A stretch of DNA of 64,000 nt, from NCBI GenBank assembly GCA_051599415.1, contig AP039702.1, forward strand, positions 62,001 through 126,000. The letters are read 5' to 3'. The notes below the pieces were generated by a model. The model was given only the letters and a program-made list of their open reading frames with translations. It ran no database searches and was not told where the DNA came from. Both the position numbers and the translations under genes were made by a program. Position 1 is the first letter of the stretch; the number at the start of each line of letters is the position of its first letter. Shown in pieces: positions 32,586 to 44,200 of the stretch. The DNA is from Savitreella phatthalungensis (taxonomy: Eukaryota).

Positions 32586-34413
32586 CACAATGCGCGATCC
32601 GATGAATCCGACTTTGGATAGACTCGGCAGAAATGGAGCAGATCCGTAGCGCACGCTGGATTTTAGTGCTTTCGCTGCTGACTGTAAGAAGTCTTAGCTG
32701 TGATCAGCAGCGACGTGGAAGCACCCCGTCTGAGGTAGACTTGACTGAAACCCGGTCGTTTCACCTGAGCACCACACGACCCGCACGCCTCCCTCAATTG
32801 ATGTTTGGTGTCCGTGTCACGTCTGAATCCTTGTCTTCGATTAAGACCCTAACGAAAGTTTTGGAGGCGGGAACTTCCCGGAAAGTGCCCTACTGCTCTG
32901 AGCCTAGCTCATGACCTTATCGCTGTATTTTACAGACTGGCTAGTGTAGGAGAGAATTACAATTAATTTTTCATTATTCTCGAATGGAATTCGACCGCCG
33001 GAAGGTTTGCACGTACGTTTTGCCGAAGCGCGGCATAGGTTTAATTGGGACTGACTGTTCAAGTAGAAAACCAGGAACCTGGAAAACTATGGTGTACACA
33101 AGGAAACAGGATCCATGGACTGCATCATGAAAGGCCGATCATTTCGTGCCGACAGACTGGGGTTATTGCCAAATTCAGTAAATATGTCTTCTGCGAACAG
33201 AGGAGAGGCCCTTCGCAGATCAGACTTGAACTATTGAATCTTGAGTTGCACGGCTGCAACAAATCAGATCTGCAAAGCTAGCTTTCGGGAGTTGCATGCG
33301 TGCTAAGGGGTCCCTTGATACTGACAGGGCAAGTATAGAAAGGTAGCGCCTAAAATAACCACAATTGCGCATATTCGTTAGCAGCAAGCCCTCTCAACCC
33401 TTGATGAACTGACTGGGCCATAGGAAGCAGAGTTTCGCTCTCTCTGTACGGGATAAGGTGCCTTGGACTTTTCCGTGGCTTTTCAAGGCCAGAGCTGACC
33501 AAACAGGCAGTCCACGTTTCAAGCTTGAGCTCACCATTGTGGTACAACCTCACAAATCCCTTGAGCGCATCAGGGTGGCCTGCAGGCTATATAGCACGGC
33601 ATATCTTCTCACTTTTTTCAATTGCCAACCTCCCAAGGCCGCCATGCAAAGCAGTCTAGACCTGCTAGCAACTACGATAGCACCTTGCTCATCCCAACTG
33701 CTCCCATCACCGAGACGCACTCAAAATCCTGTCGAGCTTGGAGCTGTTTGATGCGACACTGGTAGTCCTTATCAAAGCAATACACAATGATTCACTAATT
33801 TGTGCGCGGAATTGTCCACGTTGTTGTGCGTATGCATCTTGGCTGGCCACATGATATGTACCGAGGTGGGGCAACGGCGTTCGGATGTGGGACTGGCTTT
33901 TGGTTAGAATCCAGGCCCGGGTTGGTTTGAGTGGACTTCGGTCGATTGAAAATGATCAGATTAGTGATCTGGCTTCAGACATCTCTGGTCGAATTCAGTC
34001 GTCAACTGTCAACAGTGTCAAAATGATGCGTTTAGCCACTTGTTGCCGCCACAAAATTCGACGGTGCATGTAACAGCATACATGCAACTTTCGCTTGTAT
34101 TAGGCAGCCTTGATGTGCCATATCTATCTATCAATCATTGCTAACCTCCGACACAGGTGGAGACTCCCTGACGACACGGCTGCGTCTAGAGCACGGCACA
34201 CTTTATTTAGCAGAGCTGTTGACAACTACCTGTACCCTCAATATTACGATTCGTACCAAAGTTTGCGGTTCTTTCAACACCCTTGTTCCAAGGTTGCAGC
34301 CGCGATCAAACGATTTGCTAGGCTGGATTGAGCCTGAATCCGGTCGTGAGAAGCACTACTTCCCCGAATAGCGTGGTGGGTCAATCGCGACCTGAACCCT
34401 GACAGTAGCAATC

Positions 34414-35496
34414 ATGGGAAATTCGCAATCGGCACCGAACCAAGTACATACAGCCCAGACTGGACTCAAGTTGAATCACCGGCGCGAGCGCAGCACCAGC
34501 ACCCGTGATCCGTCGACTACGGATTCGCCTGTAGCAGAAGGGGAACCGGTCTCCCGACATGGATCCCATCGTCGCGCAGGTCATGGCGCATCGATAAGCA
34601 GTCAGACTCACAGCATCACAAGAAAGGGTTCAGGCGACACCACCTCCACGCTAGATCCACTCGCGGATAAGATCGAATTGCTTCAAGAGGCCGGCTCATC
34701 CCTACCTCAGGACGTCTCGCGGCGTATCAGCCTTGTTAGCGCTGTGGATCATCTTGATGATGATGATGTCCTAAATCCACACGGAATCAGTTCGCTACCT
34801 AAAACTGATCAAGAGGAGATTCGAAAGGTGGACGTAGACATTCATTGGACGGGCAAAGCCGAACATGTCTATGTGACCGGATCTTTTACACGATGGCGAA
34901 AAAAAGTTCAGCTCTCTGCTATAGCTGGTCTTTCCGAGAATTTCAGTGTCACCTTGTCCCTTCCACCAGGTACGCACAGGCTGAAATTCGACGTCGACGG
35001 GCAGTGGCGGCTGAGTGACGATTTGGCTGTGGCGACCGATTCATCCGGCAATTTTGTGAATTACATCGACGTTCCGCAGCAGGATGATCTGGAACTGACT
35101 CGGACATTTTCTAAGCAAGGTGATCCGCGCGATGACGGTGCATCTGACTCTCCAGAATGCGAGCAGTCTCTCAAGTGGACCTCTGCCATCCCCGCCTTCC
35201 TGCATGCTGCTGACGATGAAACGGCGATGGAAGGTGACCATGCGACAATACGCAGCATCAGACGCGAGCTCGTTGCTCCTGCGCTGCCACCACATCTGGA
35301 GAAGGTCATCCTCAACACGTCCAATGAGAAGAAGGACGATCACTCTGTGCTACCCCAGCCGAACCATGTTGTCCTAAATCATTTGGCTGCATCAAGTATT
35401 CGCAACGGGGTGCTCGCTGTCAGCGCTTCAACACGGTATCGCCGGAAATACGTTACAACCATCATGTATCGACCCGCATCTACGACGACGGCTTGA
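34414..35496 (+). CDS. AMPK/SNF1 kinase beta subunit (Gal83/Sip2/Amk2 family)
   Basis: N-myristoylation motif MGNSQS, glycogen-binding domain VYVTGSFTRW...PGTHRLKFDVDGQW, and ASC domain PALPPHLEKVILN...PNHVVLNHL..SSIRNGVL..SASTRYRRKYVT. Confidence 0.93.
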   Translation: MGNSQSAPNQVHTAQTGLKLNHRRERSTSTRDPSTTDSPVAEGEPVSRHGSHRRAGHGASISSQTHSITRKGSGDTTSTLDPLADKIELLQEAGSSLPQDVSRRISLVSAVDHLDDDDVLNPHGISSLPKTDQEEIRKVDVDIHWTGKAEHVYVTGSFTRWRKKVQLSAIAGLSENFSVTLSLPPGTHRLKFDVDGQWRLSDDLAVATDSSGNFVNYIDVPQQDDLELTRTFSKQGDPRDDGASDSPECEQSLKWTSAIPAFLHAADDETAMEGDHATIRSIRRELVAPALPPHLEKVILNTSNEKKDDHSVLPQPNHVVLNHLAASSIRNGVLAVSASTRYRRKYVTTIMYRPASTTTA

Positions 35497-35515
35497 GAGC
35501 CCTGTAACCTTCGGC

Positions 35516-36877
35516 CTAATCTCCCTGGGCATGGCACTCCACGGACCGCTTCGAGGGCCACGCGGAGACCTGCTCGATCGCTTCAGATAGAATCACTTTC
35601 TCGCCAGCCCGAACCTCTATTGCAAGACGCTCGCGGTTGCGCAGGCTCGCTCTCAGTAATAATAAACGGTCCTCCGATAGACTCGTGGCATAATCTTGCA
35701 GCTTTGTCGATAAAAGCTTCAAAACTAGCGCCTTGGTCGTTGCCGTTCGCGAAGCTTTCGCTAATGTCCCTGCTCGGCGGTGTCGCGCAAAATCTTCCTC
35801 CGAAAGTCCCAACATCACGAATACGATAGATATTTCATCTGGTACGATGTCAGCTCCTGGCGCTTCAGCTGCTCTGAGCTCAAAGGAGTCGTCAAGCACC
35901 CCTGCGTCCAGCAAATAATCAATCCGCGCCAGCTGCTCATTTCCTGTCAAAGTCTGATTGGCATTCACTGAGACAACCTTCAATAACAACTTGCTCTCGA
36001 TTTCCACCGTATTATCCGGATTAGCACGGTGTCCAAGTACGTATCCGTAGCGTCGTAAGAGGTCAGCATCCGGCAAGTGTCCATACGTGTTGAAAATCTG
36101 ATCGCCACAGCGAATGTTCTTGACGGCACGCATTTCTGGCGCGGATCCATGGAAAATTCGCGCATTGTTCTTCTGAGAATGGCCGTTCAGCATGTCAGCC
36201 AAGGGTACCATCGTTTTCAGTGATAGGTCATCGTCATAATCATCGCAACCATCAGCGTCATCTCCGATGTCCTCGTCAATTCTGGTGCTCGGCGATTCGT
36301 CGCTTTGCAGGTCAAAGGCATATGCTTGAATCAGCGAGCCCGCTCGATGGTAGTGCGCAAGCGTTATGGTCTCAAGCGAGAAGACATTGGGATGTCGCAT
36401 GGCAATTGGCTTGATGAAACGCGCAAATGCATCCTCAGCATCTTGGCGGCCTATCTTCTGAACTAAGCTTGATGCTTGTAGGTCCAGAATCTCGCCAGCA
36501 TTCCAGAACATCGGAGTTTCAAAGGTTCGAGGCAACACGTCAAGATATGGGCTGAAAGGACTCATACTTCCGCGCCCGATCTCGTACATGATGACCAGGA
36601 TAAGACACATCCAGTCACCAGCATCTCGACGGAAACCTTCGAGGTCTATCTCCTGCGCCAGAGAGGAAGTCTTAGAGGACAGCAACTTGGTGCTCGGCAG
36701 ACGGAAAAGTAATTCGTCTCGAGCGATCGCGCGGCAGGCCCTCAAGCCTCGCCCGCCGTCTGCCTGTGCGAAAATTGCGAGGTCCACGGCATCTGAAATA
36801 TATGCCGATGGGTCACTGCGAATCCACTCAAAAAGCCGATCTCGTTCTTCCGCAAGCGTATCCGCTGGTGACCTCAT
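35516..36877 (-). CDS. SET-domain N-lysine methyltransferase (Rkm4/SETD6-like)
   Basis: GRGLRA, PYLDVLPRTFETPMFW, MVPLADMLNGH, NAR, QIFNTYGHLPDADLLRRYGY, plus a Rubisco-LSMT-like C-terminal substrate-binding region. Confidence 0.88.
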   Translation of the reverse strand: MRSPADTLAEERDRLFEWIRSDPSAYISDAVDLAIFAQADGGRGLRACRAIARDELLFRLPSTKLLSSKTSSLAQEIDLEGFRRDAGDWMCLILVIMYEIGRGSMSPFSPYLDVLPRTFETPMFWNAGEILDLQASSLVQKIGRQDAEDAFARFIKPIAMRHPNVFSLETITLAHYHRAGSLIQAYAFDLQSDESPSTRIDEDIGDDADGCDDYDDDLSLKTMVPLADMLNGHSQKNNARIFHGSAPEMRAVKNIRCGDQIFNTYGHLPDADLLRRYGYVLGHRANPDNTVEIESKLLLKVVSVNANQTLTGNEQLARIDYLLDAGVLDDSFELRAAEAPGADIVPDEISIVFVMLGLSEEDFARHRRAGTLAKASRTATTKALVLKLLSTKLQDYATSLSEDRLLLLRASLRNRERLAIEVRAGEKVILSEAIEQVSAWPSKRSVECHAQGD

Positions 36878-37228
36878 CAGTCGTGCCTCTGCATCAAAGA
36901 CCCGATTGTAAAAGCTGATTCAGGGCAGGTGTTATGTTTCTGCGTGGTGTACCTGCGGAACTGGTCACTTTTCAATAACTATAGCTTATGTCCCACATTT
37001 ATCTTCAAGTGACTTCCATCTCTCCATGTACCCAGGTTGACCGTGCCGGATTGACCTGGACACATCTGGAGTAGAGACGTGCATACGTCTACATTTGATA
37101 TGATCAAGAGAAGCTCAGTTCACTAGATATTACGTGGATATCCCTTCAAATATTGAATTGTGCATGCAGTGAGTGACGCAAAATCGGCCCGATAACAGAA
37201 CGTGATCTGGATTCATTAAAATAATTTA

Positions 37229-38780
37229 AAGTCGAAACACGTAAAATTGATCACCTTCAACTTCGCGCAGAAAATAAAGACGCGTCGAACACGTCACCAC
37301 CTACCTTCAAGGCAGTCTACTGCCTCTCCTAGCGCCTATGGACGCGTACTGTTGTGAGGCATGCCTTCAGGCAGCCTCAAACCACTACGCTGCTTGAAGA
37401 GACGGCAAAAACCGTCTCTCTGTGATGCTGCAGCAGAATACAGCATTTCACCCTTTTCTTTGAGGCATTGGCTGCAGAATGGCAATAGGACTGCCTCAGA
37501 GGCCGCCAGAGAGCGACAAAAGCCCACAGAAACACAGGAGAAGGCCATACTTGAGATGCTGCACCGAAGGGCTGCAGCAGCAGACAGTGGAGATTGCAAA
37601 ACAGTCAGCTGTATGGCCTGTGTTTCTGCTGCAGGTGCTCACTTACAGCCACTTCTGGTGTTTAGGCATACTCAGGCAAAGAGGAAGGCCTATGGAAAGG
37701 CTGTGGAGGCAGGGCTAGCGCCTCCTGACAAGCCAAAGGACCTAGGTATGCCTGGAAGTGCTGTACGCGTGTTTCAATCAAAGAATGACTTCCTAACCTT
37801 GCAGATGATTGTCCAGTGGCTGCAGGAGGTCTTCCTGCCAGCCACAGCACAAGATCTGTTGAGGACGCGCGTCCTAGTGATCAATGGCACCTGCTCTCAT
37901 GCCATGCACAAGGTCATGTACAAATGCACAAAAAATGGTGTCAAACTTGTCTACCTGCCTGCACACAGCTCCCACCTCACACAACCACTCAACCTAGCTG
38001 TGTTCTTGCCTTTAAAAAACTACTATGAGCAGGCAGTGAAGGTTCTTAGCCACAGGCTAGCTGGCAGGCCCTGGGGATGCAAAGAATTCATCTCAACCTT
38101 TCTTGGCGCCTGGCAGAAGACGCTGAACTGCCAGAACATCACCTCTGGCTTCAGACAGGCAGGTATCTGGCCCTATGACTCACAGGCAGTGCGCCAAAGC
38201 ATGCTCTCCTACAACAATTCAGTCAAACCTGCCTTGGAGGCGGCAAAAAAGGCAGAACGGCCTGCCTTGGCCACCCTGACCACCAGGGCAGCTAATACAC
38301 TGCCTAAAACTGTCAAAACAACACGCGCAACACTGCAAGCAGCTGGAAAAGAGAGATACAAGGTGCTGGAGCTAGCATTTGCAGAGATTGCGCAAAAAGA
38401 TTGCCTCATTGACCTGAGAACAGCTGCAGAGCAGCGCCAGATTGCTGATAGCGACAAGAATCTAGCAGCCCTGCAGGCTGAGGCCTTGCGTCCTAGGGCA
38501 GCCTTCAAGGCACAGCAGCTGGCTAGAGGAGTGGACTGGCTAAAAGGCTTACTTGGCAAAGACTACACAGATATGAGGTGGCACTAAATTGCAGCAAAGG
38601 CAAAGGCTACTGGATAGAGGCACAGGACCAGGCTGCCTTACTTCCAGAGCTAGCCCTTGTGATTCCGTTGAATAGCGAGCAATCTACGGAGAAGGTACAC
38701 GTGCCTTTGAAGAGGCGACAAAAAAAACGTGTGTGAAATTGATTAATCTTAAAGGTGATCAACTCTAGGTTTAGCGACTT
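37229..38780 (+). mobile_element. Degenerate pogo/Fot1-type DNA transposon, copy 2, internally deleted
   Basis: TA|AAGTCGAAACACGTAAAATTGATCACCTTCAA ... TTAAAGGTGATCAACTCTAGGTTTAGCGACTT|TA: ~32-bp imperfect TIRs and a TA TSD. Contains 408-aa ORF 37361-38587 with YLPAHSSHLTQPLNLAVF. Homologous to 11877-13819. Confidence 0.9.
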
Positions 38781-38957
38781 TAATTCATGGGAATGTTTCG
38801 TTGAAAGTACGGGCACACATGCAAAATTGCGAGGATTTACTAGCAGGTCAGTGGCGCTCTAGTATCCGCTTGCTCGAAGGAGCGCAAGGGCGTCACTCAT
38901 TGCGACGAATACCATGCCTTTTTGATGACGTCCTACGGTTCGAGTATTTGCATGCTT

Positions 38958-40604
38958 TCAGTTGCTCAATTGTTTTACCATATAAGGGCCCTCGAGCGCA
39001 TATCCGAGCTTCGCGTAATATTGCCGTACTCCCACACCAGAGATGACAGCGATCTTCTGACTGCGATGCTCAACCCTAGCGATACGCTCTGCAGCCTCCA
39101 TCAACAGGCTGCCAAATCCTTGGTGCTGGAATTTACGAGGATCTCTACTGTGAAGGGGAACCACAGAGCCGTAGACATGGAGTTCTCGAATCACCGAAGT
39201 TGTCTGACCTGTTAACTCTGGCCGATACGCTCGATTCGTACACTTTCGCAATCGCAGCAATCCGACTAAGATGTCGCGTTTCGGATCCTCATACGAGAGA
39301 AATGTTTCCCAGCCACCATTAGCTTTGTAGTCGCGCCTGATGAGCTCGATTTGATCCGGACGCACTTTAAACTTGACCTCCTGAATTCCAACCTCGCGAG
39401 TGCGCACATCACGGCACTGTAGCCCAAAATCGCCCATCCTCTGCAATGCGAGTTCTCTCAAGTTGCCATTCTCGACTCCGGAAGAGACCAGCGGCATCGG
39501 AATGTCGCGCTGGACGCGGTAAACTCTGGTCCAGGGGGGCACGAGAGCCAGAATCCGCGCGACAAGGTCAACCAGTACATTCGGGGTATAGTTCTTGTAT
39601 CGTCCCGTTCTCCAGAGCTCATAGAGACCTGTGCCTCGGATCACTAGGGTCGGGTAGAGCTTAAGACCATCTGTTCTGAAGGCGGGGTTCTCGAAGTATT
39701 CAACAAATTGATGCATGTCGCGCTCGAGGCCCACATTAGGTAGGTCAGGCATCATGTGGGTGACAACTTTGTAGCCCGCATCTTTTGCCAAATGGAATGT
39801 CTCGCACACAGCCTTGACAGTATGACCACGATTGGTGTCGCGTGCCACATCTTCATAAATCGACTGTACGCCAATCTCCAATCTGGTGCAGCCATATCTC
39901 AGCATACTCGAGAGATGCTGATCTAGACAGTAATCGGGCCGAGTCTCGATCGTAATGCCCACGCATTTGGTATGGCTCAAAGAGGACATTTCAACAGCCT
40001 CATCTACGTCCGTCGTAGAATGACCAGACAGAGCGTTATGAAGGCTCGAAATGAAGCGATCGCGGTAAGACTCGGGCAGACTCATGAACGTGCCACCCAT
40101 AATGATATACTCGACTTTGTCGACAGTATGCCCGAGGCTGCGGAGCTGTTCGACGCGACCCCGCGCTTGTTCGAACCCATCATATCTTGCACGTATCGCA
40201 CGCATACTCGTGGGCTCATATCCAGTATATGACTGCGTCGAATACTCGAAATCGGAGTCCGGTCCACCCGGACAGTACACGCAGATGTTCCCCGTCATGG
40301 CAATATGAGGACATCTATGCGGTTTGCACATCACAGCCACGACAGCGATCCCAGAGGCCGTTCTGACTGGCTTAGCTTTCAACCGAGGCAGTAGATAGCG
40401 TCTGTAATTGTCCGGAATTGCTGCAATAATGTCCATAAGACGCGGCTGCGAGGCCAATTTGTACTTGCGAGAGCATTGCGCTTTGACAGCGTTCAAATTC
40501 ACCTCGGCAATGTTGCCGTTGTCGTATGCGTGAATGAGCTCATGAGCGATATCCATGCAAGTTCGAAAGAAGCGCTCTTGTTGTGTGCCGACCGGTTGTC
40601 CCAT
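38958..40604 (-). CDS. ELP3: Elongator complex catalytic subunit (radical SAM plus KAT)
   Basis: [23 protein letters not shown]...[43 protein letters not shown]. Confidence 0.97.
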   Translation of the reverse strand: MGQPVGTQQERFFRTCMDIAHELIHAYDNGNIAEVNLNAVKAQCSRKYKLASQPRLMDIIAAIPDNYRRYLLPRLKAKPVRTASGIAVVAVMCKPHRCPHIAMTGNICVYCPGGPDSDFEYSTQSYTGYEPTSMRAIRARYDGFEQARGRVEQLRSLGHTVDKVEYIIMGGTFMSLPESYRDRFISSLHNALSGHSTTDVDEAVEMSSLSHTKCVGITIETRPDYCLDQHLSSMLRYGCTRLEIGVQSIYEDVARDTNRGHTVKAVCETFHLAKDAGYKVVTHMMPDLPNVGLERDMHQFVEYFENPAFRTDGLKLYPTLVIRGTGLYELWRTGRYKNYTPNVLVDLVARILALVPPWTRVYRVQRDIPMPLVSSGVENGNLRELALQRMGDFGLQCRDVRTREVGIQEVKFKVRPDQIELIRRDYKANGGWETFLSYEDPKRDILVGLLRLRKCTNRAYRPELTGQTTSVIRELHVYGSVVPLHSRDPRKFQHQGFGSLLMEAAERIARVEHRSQKIAVISGVGVRQYYAKLGYALEGPYMVKQLSN

Positions 40605-41218
40605 CTCGCGCCCTCGGGTGCCTGGACAGTGTAAATCCCGCTTTCATGGACGCAGCCAGACGCGTGACTAACGCATGCACGAAAATTATTAGTACGTTGT
40701 AGACGGCTCTCACAAATATAAATTATATGCGTACGTACACATATATATATGTTTGTATCCATATATATACAATTAATGCATTATCCGATCTGATCAAGTG
40801 ATCGCGACGTCACCGTTGAGCATGTAAACTCTAAGTCAGCTAGGTTTGAAGAAGCATAATCCTGCAAGGTCGGCCAAATGCTGTCGTCTGAGGACATTCG
40901 TACGTACGTACGGGTACGTCCGCCCACGTACGAGATTAAACATAGATTGAAGATACGTATATGTGAGTGATATAGATTTCCAAAAAGTTATACAAATGGA
41001 AGCGTACGAATCCAGCTCTAATTATTAATTATTCCATTTCCAGATCTTCATTGAATTTATATAACAAGATACCGGGCTATGTCCTATATATGATTAATAT
41101 AATGATCGAGGAGATTGGCTGTGCGTTCAAACATATAGGGAGTTGCTCAGTACTGCAAAAGAAGTCAAGTTACAGGGGTAGATGTGCCGGTAGACCCTGT
41201 CAAGGTTTTCAGGGCCTG

Positions 41219-44200
41219 ATGTCGTCCTATCGGGCGCGTAGAGACAGCCGTGTGCCTTTGTCTGAATCGCGGCATGACGAAGATTTCGCCGAACATGCCT
41301 CGGAGTCGATATTTGACGGCCCTATCTCTCAGTCGATCCCGACGAGTCAAACTGGCTTCGCTCACAATACGTCCTTTTCCGCTCAGAGACTCCAGAGCGA
41401 TGCTGCTCAGGAGCTCCTGGCTGTTCAGCAGTTTCGGTCTGACTATGACGAAGAGCTCGAAGGACGGTCTATGCTTTCATTTGACGAAGCTATCAGTGAT
41501 ATAGAGTCATCGGCCGACACTGAGTCAGTCGCCTCGTCACGCCGAACGTCCGTGTCTACTGCAGATGGGACGCCAAATCCCCTCTTCAGAAGACATTCGC
41601 AAGAATCCGGGCTGTCTGGTTCAGGCCAGCGTCGACACGGACGGACATCGCAAAAGGTGTACCTGCAAGACGAAGACTTGTTCATCATCATAGCGGGCTT
41701 TCGAGACGACCGGATCAGATCGATACTATATCACGTGTTCTGCTTGCTAACCTTGGGTCTCGGATATTTGATGTTGCGCTGGTTGCCTCGTTGGCAAATT
41801 CGCTTGACAGGCGTGCAGTGTCCGCTCGCTAGCTGTGAGTGGGTCGTCATCGAGAACCAGTGGCATGAGGTTAGCACTCATCGTGTTGGCAGCGTACCTT
41901 TCGAGGCATATCTCAGCACGCTCTTCGACAGTGGAAGCGAGACCGAAATGCCTGAAGAGGCCGATCCCTTCATTGAGCTCGCCCGCTTCGTTGACTATCG
42001 CTATATCCGCTTCGTCTGGCATGAGGGTGTGCAACGATTCATGATTTACAACAACTACAAGGACCGTCGTTGGCGCGGAACAATTCGCGATTGTCGCAGA
42101 GGTCTTGACGAAGCCGTCAAAGATCAGCGCCTGTCGATATTCGGTCAGAATGTTGTCGATGTGCAGGCAAAACGCCTCGGTCAGCTCTTGGTTGATGAAG
42201 CTCTCCATCCGTTCTACATCTTCCAGATTGCAAGCATACTCTTATGGAGTTTCGATGAGTACTACTACTACGCTACCTGCATCTTCGTCATTTCTATTGC
42301 AACTGTCGCGTCGACCGTCATTGAGACGCGCTCAACGATGCTTCGGCTGCGCGAGATGGCGCGCTTCACCTGCGAAATTCGTGCGCTTCGCAATGGTTAT
42401 TGGCAAATCTGCGGTTCTGAGGATCTTGTTCCTGGTGACATCATCGAGGTTTCCGACCCCTCGATCAGCACACTGCCTTGTGATGCTCTCCTGCTGGCTG
42501 GCGAGTGCATTGTCAATGAGTCCATGCTGACAGGTGAATCGGTGCCTGTTCCAAAAACGGCTGCTGGGGACAAAGCTTTACATAGGCTGGCAAATTCAGC
42601 CGTCGCGATCAGCCCGGAGCTAGCGAAGCACTATCTTTTCGCCGGAACGAGACTGATCCAAGTCAAACGACCATTAGCTACGGAGGAAGACGACGGTATT
42701 GCTCTTGCCATGTGTACTCGGACCGCATTCAATACGACCAAGGGCGCTCTTGTTCGCAGCATGCTCTTTCCCAAACCAACTGGCTTCAAATTTTATCGCG
42801 ACAGTTTCAGATTTATCGGCGTCATGGCTCTTGTGGCAATGTGCGGATTCATCGTTTCTGCCGTGAACTTCGTGCGTCTCGGACTGCCTCTGGTGGCAAT
42901 TCTTGTGAGGGCGCTCGATCTCATCACGATTGTCGTTCCGCCGGCACTGCCGGCAACATTGACGATCGGAACGAGCTTCTCCATCAGTCGAATGCGCCGC
43001 AAGCAGATATTTTGCATTGCGCCGACACGAGTGAACGTCGCCGGCAAGATCAATGTCATGTGTTTCGACAAGACCGGCACCCTGACGGAAGATGGACTAG
43101 ATGTGCTCGGAGTTAGGACTATTTATTCTAACGCTTTCGTGCCCATCGCAGAAGCCTGTGAGGCTCTGCCGGTTGCGGACGAGAATCGACTGTCAATAAT
43201 TCGGGTGATGGCGACATGCCACTCTCTCAGGATGATCGATGATGATCTCCTTGGTGATCCGCTAGACGATAAGATGTTTCGCTTTAGCGGATGGTCATAT
43301 GAGGAGAGCAATGATCGCGCATTTGAGACTCAACGAATGGTTTCCCCAGGCAATCCCAAGGAGTCTGGCAGAAAACATCGATCTGCTATTGGCCGCAGCG
43401 GCGCAGGTGGCATATCACCGGCCGTTGTCCGATCAGGACGCGACAAAACGCTCGAGATCGGCATCATCAAACAATATGACTTCGTCTCCAGCTTACGACG
43501 TATGAGTGTAATCACGAAGCAGTTCGGCTCCAGCGATATGGAAGTGTATTTGAAAGGTGCCCCGGAGATCATGCGAGAGGTTTGCCGACCAGAGAGCTTT
43601 CCTGCTGATTATGAGGACGTGTTGGCGACGTACACACACGATGGGTACAGGGTGATAGCCTGTGCTGGTCGCAAAATCCCCGGCTTGAGCTGGATCAAGG
43701 CACAAAAACTGAAGAGGGCACAGGCCGAGAAGGACCTCGACTTCCTCGGCTTCATTGTTTTCGAAAACAAGCTAAAATCTAGCACTCCAGATGCGCTCCG
43801 CAGCCTGAATGATGCCAACATCCGCACGATCATGTGTACAGGTGATAATGTTCTCACAGCTGTCAGTGTGGCACGCGAGTCCAGCTTGATACCGGAGCAT
43901 GTGTTCGTTTTCGGACCGAAATTTGGCGAGGCTGGGGGTCCCCGGAATCCGCTCCAGCGCATCGTGTGGCAAACAATGGAAGGGCCGCAAATTCAGCTCG
44001 ATCCTGTAACGATGCTTCCGTCCGCTGATCCTCATTCCATTGATTTACAATCTCCCTTTGAGCGATCGGCGCTGCAGGACTACAGACTCGCGATCACTGG
44101 TGAGGTGTTCCGATGGATGGTCGACTTCGCTCCGAAATCGACGTTAGAGCGAATGCTCATCAAAACATCTGTGTTCGCAAGAATGTCTCCGGACGAGAAA

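Noticed and set aside
41051..41218. N-terminal extensions in the ORF track for YPK9, GCV2, CDC60, the thioredoxin and the cyclin
   Set aside because: They come from bacterial-style non-ATG starts or run through AT-rich promoter DNA; downstream ATGs give more plausible eukaryotic N-termini.
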